64,000 bases of DNA. Source: Candidatus Bathyarchaeota archaeon. Its GTDB lineage: Archaea; Thermoproteota; Bathyarchaeia; Bathyarchaeales; Bathyarchaeaceae. Where the stretch lies: assembly GCA_050123155.1 (NCBI GenBank), contig JASFHP010000005.1:16551-80550 (forward strand), given 5' to 3'. This document shows, in pieces, positions 26,192 through 34,829 of this stretch. A program made the position numbers and the translations under genes. Position 1 is the first letter of the stretch. Every line of letters begins with the position of its first letter. The notes under the pieces are model-generated. The model saw only the letters and a program-made list of their open reading frames with translations, searched no databases and was not told the DNA's origin.

Positions 26192-26760
26192 TCTGAACTC
26201 CGAGGCGCTATCCATCGTTTTTCTATCTTTTTAATTATATTTCTACATTTTTTCTCGATAATTATTAAAGCAATATGAATTCCGGATAAGCAACAGCTGT
26301 TCTGGAAGCCCGCAAATCGTGTGCAACCGGTTGTCATCGCATTGTCCCACCTTTTCCAATTCTGCTGTTTTGCGATGTAGAGTCTTCAGTGGCTGCCGCA
26401 TTTAACAGGTATGAACCTGTAATCTGTATCGGTAATAACAATCCACATTCAGAATCCAAATAGCTAATCCATAAATGAAATGTAAGAACTTGAACAGATG
26501 CTGTTAACGTGCCTTTCAAACTCAAGCTGAACACCGAAAAACGACGTTTTTCTACGTTAACTTATATCAGATCAAATATAAAGATTGTGAATAAAAAAAC
26601 GACAATGTTATTCAGAATTTGAACGTGAACAGATGTTTCTAATCATTTAGAGATATATCAACATGTTATGCATGGTTCACTCAATCTACATGCAGAAGTA
26701 AAAGAGCTGAACGCATAATTTTTGAAATGAACACAACAGAGCAAACATGCAGTTTTTGCA

Positions 26761-27294
26761 TTAACCCGTTTTTCTGTCTCTACCTCGTCCAACATGCAAA
26801 AACTCTGAAACCCGATCAAAAAACGGCATTCTATTTGTATTCCACAGACCCAAAATCAAAATCAAAAAGCTGAAACCCCATAATCCATGCAACTTCCAGT
26901 TCCAAGTGCCAATGAGCCAATACTGCCACATCCACGTCCACTCTCCTGAATAAACTTGACCCCCACTATAAACTAAAAAGAACAGCCAGTCAATTAATCC
27001 TCCCAAATGCGCCAAAAAGAGAGTTAATCCTCGCTTCAGAGCAATATTCATAGATGCCGTGTCTTCATAACTTTGCCATGCAACAAGAACACAAATAGAG
27101 AAGATAGTCACCGAAAGCCCAACTTGATAAGGAATATACCAGGCATAACTGAAGACTAAACCATGGGAATAAAGGGCATGATTTACGACAAAATCAAGTC
27201 CCGTGATGCTCAAAAAGACTGCCAAAACGATTGTTAACCACGCCTTGGACGTACTCAAACGGGACTCTTTCATAGTCAATGCTATCTTGAGCAT
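26761..27294 (-). CDS. Integral membrane protein (4-5 helices, Trp-rich)
   Basis: 177 aa with hydrophobic segments. An isolated gene flanked by two ~0.6 kb non-coding stretches. Confidence 0.55.
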   Translation of the reverse strand: MLKIALTMKESRLSTSKAWLTIVLAVFLSITGLDFVVNHALYSHGLVFSYAWYIPYQVGLSVTIFSICVLVAWQSYEDTASMNIALKRGLTLFLAHLGGLIDWLFFLVYSGGQVYSGEWTWMWQYWLIGTWNWKLHGLWGFSFLILILGLWNTNRMPFFDRVSEFLHVGRGRDRKTG

Positions 27295-27433
27295 TTACAA
27301 AAACTGATTATATAAAGAAACTATCTTTATCCGAAAATAATTCTGTTTGAATAATACTCCGAGATTTGATAATTCACAATATGTGGCCTAAACATGAATC
27401 GTTACTCTTAGCACATACTTAGTTTTCACACAT

Positions 27434-27580
27434 TTATTTTCCGGTCAATGCTCTGGACATCTTGCCGTAAACATTGAGCATTTTGGCTTTTCTGACAGGG
27501 TTTGCTTCGGTGTCTATTCGCCTTCGGATGGTGCGCAATTCGTTTTCCATTCGTCTAATAACAATCAGTTTCTTCTCCAA
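27434..27580 (-). CDS. Possible small coiled-coil protein (38-48 aa)
   Basis: Hand-found ORF (L)EKKLIVIRRMENELRTIRRRIDTEANPVRKAKMLNVYGKMSRALTGK. Starts are TTG 27580 or ATG 27550. There is no homology support. Confidence 0.2.
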   Translation of the reverse strand: MEKKLIVIRRMENELRTIRRRIDTEANPVRKAKMLNVYGKMSRALTGK

Positions 27581-27928
27581 ATCTGCTACCCCAATTTATG
27601 TCATGCTTCATTTTGTCTTATAGGAAATCTGCAAGAATTGGTTTTAAGTCATATGAAGATGTACTATGAATCGATGTTAACTATGTGCACTTAGATTCCG
27701 AATGAAAAAACGCAATGGGTAACTGAGGTTTCTAACTAAAATTTCTTGCAAAACTTTGGGTTTTTTCCCTTGAGACATAACTCCGAGATTCATAAATAAA
27801 GATTGGTTATGTGAATGCTGTAGAACAGCCAGAAAAGAGAAAACAAGTTTTTGGATAGAGAAAAAGCTCTATAGAATGAAGCGGGACTGCTGAATGAACT
27901 GTTGGAGAGTTTTTTGGTGAGGGAAAGG

Positions 27929-28687
27929 TTACGCTTTGATTTTCTCTTTTTTGATCGCTTTTCTGAACGTTTTGTGGCAGTTTTCGCATTTGTATAGTCC
28001 TATTGTTAATTGGAGCCGTTCACCAGAATTGCTAGGTCTTCCAGCCATCTGCCACGTCTTCCCTGGGGTCGCTAGAGTTCCACATTCAGGGCACTCAGCT
28101 ACTTCAGGGTTACCTAAAGCATTTAACAACTCTAGCCTAAGAGCTTCCCCAGTGCTTGACATCCTTGAGATTCTCTCAGCCAACTGAGTTTCTTTGAAGA
28201 CATCGCGGATCCATCGGGCGAAGTCCCCTCTGTTTTGGTGAAAGTCTAGAGAAGCAACTGGAACTTTCGCCACTTTCTTCTTTAGGTCTTCCAGATTGAA
28301 TGCAGCCTCAAAGAGCGGTTTGTTGAAGGCTTCATAAAAGTAGAATCCCCATTCTGGAGTAACTTTTTCTCCCGGTTTTAATGGATTATTCAATTTTGGT
28401 ATGTCTCCACAATCTTGTTTATATTCGTCTAGAAACTTCTTAACTGTTTCTTCCCAGTTTGTGGTAACCATCCTTCGATAGTATACGGTTTCACGTTTGC
28501 GGGGGTCATCAGAAAAGTTTGTCTCAAGATAGCGATTGAAGGCTTGCCTAAGGTTGGAACTGCCGCCAACGTAGATCATCATTTGATTCTTGTCGTAAAA
28601 AGCGTAGACGCCCGTCTCTTCTGGAACGCCTTTTGCTCGCTCTCCCCATAGATACAGTTTACCTTGAATTGGCATCGTATTGACCAA
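27929..28687 (-). CDS. GIY-YIG nuclease-domain protein fused to an unknown central domain and a C-terminal CxxC..CxxC zinc ribbon
   Basis: GVYAFYDKNQMMIYVGGSSNLRQAFNRY matches GIY-(10-11 aa)-YIG followed by the conserved Arg. The C-terminus is CPECG...(34 aa)...CENCHKTF. Confidence 0.65.
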   Translation of the reverse strand: MVNTMPIQGKLYLWGERAKGVPEETGVYAFYDKNQMMIYVGGSSNLRQAFNRYLETNFSDDPRKRETVYYRRMVTTNWEETVKKFLDEYKQDCGDIPKLNNPLKPGEKVTPEWGFYFYEAFNKPLFEAAFNLEDLKKKVAKVPVASLDFHQNRGDFARWIRDVFKETQLAERISRMSSTGEALRLELLNALGNPEVAECPECGTLATPGKTWQMAGRPSNSGERLQLTIGLYKCENCHKTFRKAIKKEKIKA

Positions 28688-28776
28688 GATAAATAATATG
28701 GTAGCGCATATTTATGAAGGCTTTGGCTCTCTCTATCTGCAAACAGCTCAATGAACACAAAAAGAGACCTGATTCT

Positions 28777-29364
28777 TCACTCTTTTTCATATTTATTCCA
28801 TTGGACCATGTCTTTGAGGTCCCACTTGGGCACATGTAATATCCCGTTTTGGTCAAGCCAATAGTTTGTATCTCCATCCTTCACAGTATCTATTACAGGG
28901 TTTTCTGCTGGATACCCCAGAGCAACCACCAACTCGATAGCCAGACTTTCTGGCACATCCAATATTCTACGTAGTCTTTTCCTGTTCACTGACGCTAGAA
29001 TACACGAACCTAAACCTTCATCATACGCAACCATTGAGATGCTCATTGAAGCTATGCTTGCGTCGTGAACCGGAGTTCGACCGCTCTTGTCTAACAACAG
29101 GACAATGTAGGCTCTCGGCATCTCCTCTTCAGTGGGGAAGTAATCAGGCAAATCCACAGCCCAATTCAATGTAGTAAAGACTTGTTTTAGCAACTTTGGA
29201 TCATTAACGATAACATATCGTAGAGGTTGACGATTTCTTCCGGAAGGTGAAAGCCTTGCAGCGTCCACGCATTTTATCAGGGCTTTTTCTTGAACCGCTT
29301 TCTGAAGATACTTTCTGATGGTTCTCCGTTTTCTTATCTTCTCGTATGTATGATTTTTTCCCAA
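28777..29364 (-). CDS. Nitroreductase-family flavoprotein
   Basis: IRKRRTIRKYL..ARLSPSGRNRQPLRYVIV.. is a typical nitroreductase N-terminal signature. Length is 195 aa. Confidence 0.8.
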   Translation of the reverse strand: MGKNHTYEKIRKRRTIRKYLQKAVQEKALIKCVDAARLSPSGRNRQPLRYVIVNDPKLLKQVFTTLNWAVDLPDYFPTEEEMPRAYIVLLLDKSGRTPVHDASIASMSISMVAYDEGLGSCILASVNRKRLRRILDVPESLAIELVVALGYPAENPVIDTVKDGDTNYWLDQNGILHVPKWDLKDMVQWNKYEKE

Positions 29365-29401
29365 TTGATTCTTCCACCTTAAATGAACTGAAGTTTCGAT
29401 C

Positions 29402-29959
29402 CTATTTTGTCAAATATTCGCTTATCTTATTAGCGATTAGGTTGTGGAGGTTTTCTCGGTTCTTGTAGGTTACCTTAAGAATTTCTGTTTCTTCTCTCTT
29501 TTTGATGCTGTCGATTATGGGGTTCTTTAGTCCATAATGGATTGTTCCCATCAGGGGTTTGCTGCTGTCCACAGCTTTAACTAAGGCTTTGCTGAAGGCT
29601 GCTGAAGAAAACTCCATGGGACCTAACTCATCTATCGCCAGTACATCCGCATTTTGAAGTGCATCCAGAATTGCGCCTACGCCAACAACTTCAAGGTCAG
29701 TCGAGTTAACATGGTACTTGCCTATTTTGGGGCCTGTTGGCTGGTTCACGTGGGCTAACCATCCTCTCGTTTCTGTGGACAAATCCATAATTTCGAAGCC
29801 TACTCTTACTCCGCCCTCACGGACCTCACGACAAATCATGCCGCCGACCTCGTAGTTTCTGTTCTTGAGTTCCTTCACTGTTCGACGGAGTACACTTGTT
29901 TTGCCAATTCCCGGCTTTCCAGTCACGAGTATCAGAGGTTTCAACGTGAACACCTGCAT
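29402..29959 (-). CDS. THEP1-type nucleoside-triphosphatase
   Basis: ILVTGKPGIGKTSVL Walker A and VLAIDELGPME Walker B. At 185 aa, size and order match archaeal NTPase THEP1 homologs. Confidence 0.8.
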   Translation of the reverse strand: MQVFTLKPLILVTGKPGIGKTSVLRRTVKELKNRNYEVGGMICREVREGGVRVGFEIMDLSTETRGWLAHVNQPTGPKIGKYHVNSTDLEVVGVGAILDALQNADVLAIDELGPMEFSSAAFSKALVKAVDSSKPLMGTIHYGLKNPIIDSIKKREETEILKVTYKNRENLHNLIANKISEYLTK

Positions 29960-30029
29960 TCTTTAGACGAACCCTAATATCTAGTTTCGACAAATAAAAG
30001 CTTCAGTGTGTACGGAGGAGCTGTGAAGT

Positions 30030-31238
30030 TTGAGCTTCGATTTCCCTGCTGAAACCATAAAAGAGGGAGAAGTCAAAGTAGTGGTTCCCAAGCTTGCTGC
30101 TTACGTGAAAAAGCCTTGTGATTACGCTCCGTCTAAGGCTCCAGTGTTTTACAACCCCACAATGGAGCTGAACAGGGACCTGGCAGTTTTAGCGTTACAA
30201 GCGCATCAGAGGCTTTTGGGCAGAGAGGTTTCAGTTTGTGAGCCTTTGACTGGATGTGGACTTCGGGGTGTAAGATTTGCGGTGGAAGTCGAAGGTGTCC
30301 GCAGGGTTTTTCTGAATGACATTAAGCCAGAAGCGGCTAGGCTTGCAGGCTTCAACGCTGAACTGAACGGCGTAGCGGACTGTGTTGAGGTGTCTAACGA
30401 AGACGCTAACCTTTTTTTGAGCAGACATGCGGCGCCCAGAAAACGGTTTGATTATGTTGATGTTGACCCTTTTGGACCTCCTGTGCCCTACCTAGATTCT
30501 GCCATACGGGCTCTACGTAACAGCGGCTTGCTTGCTTTAACCGCCACGGACATGGCTCCATTATGTGGGGTTCATGCCCGAGCTTGTCTCAGAAAGTATG
30601 GTGGAAAGCCCTTACGCACAGAATATTGTCACGAGCTTGCGGTTCGCCTCTTGATCGGATGCTTAGCCATGATGGCTGCAAAACATGCGATAGGCGTTGA
30701 AGTCTTGTTCAGCCACAGCGTTGACCATTATGTTCGAGCGTATTCGGTTGTTCGTTATGGTGCTAGAGTAGCGGACAAGAGCGTTCAGCAGATGGGATAC
30801 ATTCTTCACTGCTTCTCATGTTTTCACAGAGAAACAGCTTCAGGGATAACCTCTCCACTAAAACGTGTCTGCCCCATTTGTGGAGCAAAGTTGAGTGCTG
30901 CTGGTCCCCTGTGGCTCGGCAGGATAGCGGACAAAAAGTTTTGTTCTCTGATGGAGAGGGAAGCGAAACTAAGAGACTTGAGACAGGAAAAGAGGATTCT
31001 CAAGATGCTGTCTTTGGTTCAGAATGAGGCTGAGGCACCAGTCACCTATTATACGGTGGACAAAATCTGCGACAAGCTGAATCTGCCCATTCCGGCCCTA
31101 AAAAAAGTGATTGACATGATAAGAAAGGCGGGTTTTCAAGTGGTTCCAACACACTTCAACAGTAGAGGCGTTAGAACAAATGCTCCAGCAGACACGGTGA
31201 AAGAAGCTATAGCAGACCTGGCAACCAAAAAAGGGTAG
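30030..31238 (+). CDS. trm1: tRNA (guanine(26)-N2)-dimethyltransferase
   Basis: FYNPTMELNRDLAV.., DPFG.P.PYLDSA.., and a C-terminal Cys cluster (CFSCFH..CPICG). Length is 402 aa. Confidence 0.9.
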   Translation: MSFDFPAETIKEGEVKVVVPKLAAYVKKPCDYAPSKAPVFYNPTMELNRDLAVLALQAHQRLLGREVSVCEPLTGCGLRGVRFAVEVEGVRRVFLNDIKPEAARLAGFNAELNGVADCVEVSNEDANLFLSRHAAPRKRFDYVDVDPFGPPVPYLDSAIRALRNSGLLALTATDMAPLCGVHARACLRKYGGKPLRTEYCHELAVRLLIGCLAMMAAKHAIGVEVLFSHSVDHYVRAYSVVRYGARVADKSVQQMGYILHCFSCFHRETASGITSPLKRVCPICGAKLSAAGPLWLGRIADKKFCSLMEREAKLRDLRQEKRILKMLSLVQNEAEAPVTYYTVDKICDKLNLPIPALKKVIDMIRKAGFQVVPTHFNSRGVRTNAPADTVKEAIADLATKKG

Positions 31239-31361
31239 ATTATACTTTCTGCTGCTGTCCCATCTGGTGGACGGCGACCGCTCATCGAACGTTTTATCTA
31301 CAATACAGTCTAACTTAAATATGCACACGCTATTGCGTAAGTCGGGAACTGAGACGCCAAA

Positions 31362-32351
31362 ATGACTGAGGAGCCAACTCTGGAAAAGAAGAGATACGAA
31401 CGCTTGGAAGACCTTGACATAGGGTCTGCCACCTCCAAAAAGCTGCGGGAACTCGGATTCCACACTGTAGAATCTATCGCCATGGCTACAGCTAAGGAAC
31501 TGGAGAAAGCGGGCATGAGCAAAAAAACCGCTGAACAACTGATCCGCAAAGCTCGATCAAACATACCTTTGCAGTTCATCAGAGGAGATGAACTGGTCAA
31601 GATGCGGCGGAATATTTTGCATTTGACTACAGGGAGCAGCATGCTAGATAACCTGTTGAAAGGCGGCATCGAATCCCAGTCAATCACAGAATTCTATGGA
31701 GAATATGGAAGTGGAAAAAGCCAGATTTGCCATCAACTGTGCGTAAACGTGCAATTGCCTCCTGAACGGGGTGGTTTGAGCAGCGCAGCTCTTTACATAG
31801 ATACAGAGAACACTTTCAGAACTGAACGAATTTTTCAGATGGCAGAAAATTTGGGTTTAGAGCCGGAAGAGGCAATCAAGAACATCATTTTTGCTGAGGC
31901 ATTCACATCTGACCATCAGATGTTTCTTTTAGAGAATGCAGATAAGGTGATTAAAGAAAACGGAGTCCGCTTGATAATCGTAGATTCGTTGACTTCTCAC
32001 TTCAGAAGCGAGTATCTGGGCAGGGAGATGCTGGCTGAGAGGCAACAGAAACTCAACAAACATATGCACAGGCTAATTCGGCTAGCCAGAGCATTCAATG
32101 CGGTAGCTGTTGTTACAAATCAGGTTATGTCCAAACCAGACGTTTTCTTCGGTGATGCCATACATCCGGTAGGCGGTCACATAGTCGCCCACACCAGCCA
32201 CACCCGTATTTTTCTTCGAAAATCTGCCCGAGGACCAGTGAGAATCGCACGTATTGTTTCAAGTCCAAAATTGCCAGAGGGGGAAGGTATATTCAGGATT
32301 TCCGAAAGAGGAATAGAGGACGTTAACGAAGATGGAGGTAGAGTTGATTAG
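31362..32351 (+). CDS. radA: DNA repair and recombination protein RadA
   Basis: N-terminal HhH region (LEDLDIGSATSKKLRELGF), Walker A EFYGEYGSGKSQICHQL, Walker B LIIVDSLTSHFR. Length is 329 aa. Confidence 0.95.
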   Translation: MTEEPTLEKKRYERLEDLDIGSATSKKLRELGFHTVESIAMATAKELEKAGMSKKTAEQLIRKARSNIPLQFIRGDELVKMRRNILHLTTGSSMLDNLLKGGIESQSITEFYGEYGSGKSQICHQLCVNVQLPPERGGLSSAALYIDTENTFRTERIFQMAENLGLEPEEAIKNIIFAEAFTSDHQMFLLENADKVIKENGVRLIIVDSLTSHFRSEYLGREMLAERQQKLNKHMHRLIRLARAFNAVAVVTNQVMSKPDVFFGDAIHPVGGHIVAHTSHTRIFLRKSARGPVRIARIVSSPKLPEGEGIFRISERGIEDVNEDGGRVD

Positions 32352-32732
32352 ATGCCGATTTCAAAGATTTTTGTAGTCAGATTCTTTCAGCTTGTGAAGA
32401 ATAGGCGGTTTGCCGAGGCAGAGCGTGTACTTGAACGGATAAGGTCGAAAACAAACGAGACAGAATGGAATAGTGGATACATCTACGCTCTAGACGGCAT
32501 ACTTTTAGCCCAGAAATCAGGTGACTCGTACTCGTTTATCAAAAACGTGAACTTTGAAGACGAAAACGAGCTGAAAAAATTTAGGAAAGAGTTTCTGAGG
32601 GAATACAAAAACAAGATTCACGCAGATTATGACCGCGGCTTCTTCGCTGCTTGGGCAGATTACATGCTTACATCCAAAAAAGAATTAGCGAACGCAGAAA
32701 AACCCAAGCAATCAGAGAAACTTAAGAAATAA
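32352..32732 (+). CDS. Hypothetical helical protein translationally abutting radA
   Basis: The ATG follows the radA TAG with no spacer (gattagATGccg). 126 aa with TPR-like/helical character. No family recognised. Confidence 0.5.
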   Translation: MPISKIFVVRFFQLVKNRRFAEAERVLERIRSKTNETEWNSGYIYALDGILLAQKSGDSYSFIKNVNFEDENELKKFRKEFLREYKNKIHADYDRGFFAAWADYMLTSKKELANAEKPKQSEKLKK

Positions 32733-32745
32733 TCAACAACTAAGT

Positions 32746-33519
32746 TCATTTAGATGAACTTTGCTTTTTTATTGCCTCGGCTACTGCGAGCTTTGTTGAG
32801 GCGCCAATTAATTCACCTATCTTTGTGTGTCCACCAGTGTATCGTATCTGTCTGCCCAGTTTTCCAGAAACGACTATCATGTTATCGGTTCCTGTGCCTG
32901 TTGCTTGGTTTTCTGGGGAAACCGAGCTTCGGGCATCCATATCCTGAAGGGCAGCGGTCTTTGCTTCCGTAGCCGTAATGATAGCCCGCGCCATAGCCCC
33001 ATCACTTAGATTGGCGTTGATCAAGAGAATTATGTTGATTGTTCCAAGCGTCTTCACAAAATTTCCATCCTGCTCCATCCAATCTGCCTTGTCAACCCCT
33101 GACCTGAGGGCGTTGCCTACTCCTCCGGTAGCCAGACAGGACACTATGAGGCTTCGATATGACTTCTCGCAGACTGCAACGTTTTCCATGTTGGCTATTG
33201 TGCTCAAGAAGCTGAGGTCGCTACGCGGAATTCCCAGCACAGCAGGAAATGTTTCTTCAAATTTCTGATAATTCATCATCGTGACCTCTGACAAGGCAGG
33301 AGGCTGATAGGTGTTGGCGACAAAACTCACCTCTCTGTATCCATCCCAAGTGGAAAGAATCCGACGCTTTTCTCCGAAGGAAACAAGCAGAGTGTTAACC
33401 TCAAAATTCTGAAACTTGTGGTAAAGTATCTCCGCTTTTACGTCTTCTAGTTTTAGTTTGATTCCCCTTTTTTTCATATCATCACCCAAGTTAGGTATTT
33501 TGGTCTCCTGCTTTTTCAA
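32746..33519 (-). CDS. cbiZ: Adenosylcobinamide amidohydrolase
   Basis: Size and motifs (..TLGTINIILLINANLSDGAMARAIITATEAKTAAL..ATGTGTDNMIVV) match my recollection of the CbiZ family. It is divergently paired with cbiB. Confidence 0.7.
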   Translation of the reverse strand: MKKQETKIPNLGDDMKKRGIKLKLEDVKAEILYHKFQNFEVNTLLVSFGEKRRILSTWDGYREVSFVANTYQPPALSEVTMMNYQKFEETFPAVLGIPRSDLSFLSTIANMENVAVCEKSYRSLIVSCLATGGVGNALRSGVDKADWMEQDGNFVKTLGTINIILLINANLSDGAMARAIITATEAKTAALQDMDARSSVSPENQATGTGTDNMIVVSGKLGRQIRYTGGHTKIGELIGASTKLAVAEAIKKQSSSK

Positions 33520-33668
33520 GTAATCCTTAAGTAGCTACTTTATTTTTTCTGTGTGAGCACATAAACTATGGATGGAGAATCCAGCCAAAAACTTATACTT
33601 TAGCAAACGCAACGGTAGAACAAAATTGCTTAGGCATTCACAGTTGTGGGGAATAACCCGTAGAAAGT

Positions 33669-34658
33669 TTGGAAGGAAAAATGTTCGCCATAGAAATTTC
33701 TTTTCTTTTTGATTCTTTGTTAATATTTGTTTTAGCTTTTTTGATTGACCTAGTTTTCGGAGAGCTTCCGGACAGAATTCATCCAACATTATGGATGGGA
33801 AAGATTACAGATTACCTCAAGCCGAAGCTCAAGAACGAAAAACCAAGTATTGAAAAGATTAACGGTGTCCTCCTATGTTTACTGCTTATCATCCTTTTTG
33901 CGGTTCCTGCCTATTTTGTGCTTTTCTGGGTTCGCGAATTCCTCGGTTGGTTACCCTACATTCTTGCATCAGCCATCATACTGAAAACCAGTTTTGCCAT
34001 CAAATGCATGAAACAGTATACTCTGCCGGTTGCAGATGCTGTAGAGAAAGGAGACTATGACAGAGCCAAACAGTTGCTGCCCTTTATTGTAAGACGGAGC
34101 CCAAAGGAGCTGACTGAACGGCACATAATTTCTGCGGCGGTTGAGACCATAGCTGAAGGAACCACAGACGGAATAACTTCACCCTTTTTCTACTTCGCTT
34201 TGTTCGGTGTTCCGGGTGCGGTTGCATTCAGGGTTGTTAACACTTTAGATTCGATGGTTGGATACAAGGATCGCGCTCACATCAACATCGGCTGGTTCTC
34301 AGCGAAAACGGATACAATAGCAAATTACCTTCCAGCCAGACTAACCGCAATTCTGATGATGCTGGCAGCGTTACTGCTGAGAGAAAATTGGAGGGAATCT
34401 TGGAGAATCCTGCAGAGAGACAGAGAAAACACGGCAAGCGTTAATGCGGGGTGGACCATATCAGCGATGGCTGGAGCATTAAACATTCAGTTAGAGAAAC
34501 CGGGCTTCTACAAAATAGGAGACAACAACGACCTGTCGCCGATACATGTCACAAAAGCCTTACGCATAATGACGCTAACAGCCATACTATTCGGTGTCTC
34601 CATAATTCTTCCCCTCCTAGCTTTGAAAACGTTGACAATAGCATGGATTCTTCGATAA
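33669..34658 (+). CDS. cbiB: Adenosylcobinamide-phosphate synthase (CbiB/CobD)
   Basis: DLVFGELPDRIHPTLWMGK.., TDGITSPFFYFALFG.PGA..R..NTLDSMVGY are CobD/CbiB hallmarks. It is a membrane protein of 329 aa (ATG at 33681 is an alternative start). Confidence 0.88.
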   Translation: MEGKMFAIEISFLFDSLLIFVLAFLIDLVFGELPDRIHPTLWMGKITDYLKPKLKNEKPSIEKINGVLLCLLLIILFAVPAYFVLFWVREFLGWLPYILASAIILKTSFAIKCMKQYTLPVADAVEKGDYDRAKQLLPFIVRRSPKELTERHIISAAVETIAEGTTDGITSPFFYFALFGVPGAVAFRVVNTLDSMVGYKDRAHINIGWFSAKTDTIANYLPARLTAILMMLAALLLRENWRESWRILQRDRENTASVNAGWTISAMAGALNIQLEKPGFYKIGDNNDLSPIHVTKALRIMTLTAILFGVSIILPLLALKTLTIAWILR

Positions 34659-34737
34659 CCAAAAAGGAAAAGTTATCGGGTGAACAGCGCGCAGATAAAC
34701 TAGCGGTCCAGAAAGAGTGGCGCCTTCTCTCTGGCTT

Positions 34738-34800
34738 CATATTAGGAGCCTAATAGAGGTACATTGTTGAAAACAGTCTTTTTTCAGAAAATGAAGAGAA
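34738..34800 (+). repeat. Dispersed intergenic repeat, copy 1 (palindromic core ATTAGGAGCCTAAT + ATTGTTGAAAACAG + T6)
   Basis: CATATTAGGAGCCTAATAGAGGTACATTGTTGAAAACAGTCTTTTTTCAGAAAATGAAGAG. It lies between the convergent cbiB and repeat-protein genes. Confidence 0.85.
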
Positions 34801-34829
34801 ACAAGTTGGCTATTGAAAAGATGAAAGTT

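Larger units (their letters stand above)
25369..26215 (-). repeat. Segmental duplication, copy B (intact)
   Basis: See copy A. Both are in the same orientation, 18.8 kb apart. Confidence 0.85.

Noticed and set aside
26334-26534. 66-aa minus-strand ORF, and the 60-aa ORF at 27807-27989
   Set aside because: Both have poor, non-protein-like composition and no SD or promoter context. The latter also overlaps the 3' end of the GIY-YIG gene.
33520-33668. Cobalamin riboswitch upstream of cbiB/cbiZ (also considered for the nrdJ leader at 48545-48722)
   Set aside because: No B12-box-like sequence or obvious conserved stem architecture is visible by eye, and such riboswitches are not expected in archaea.
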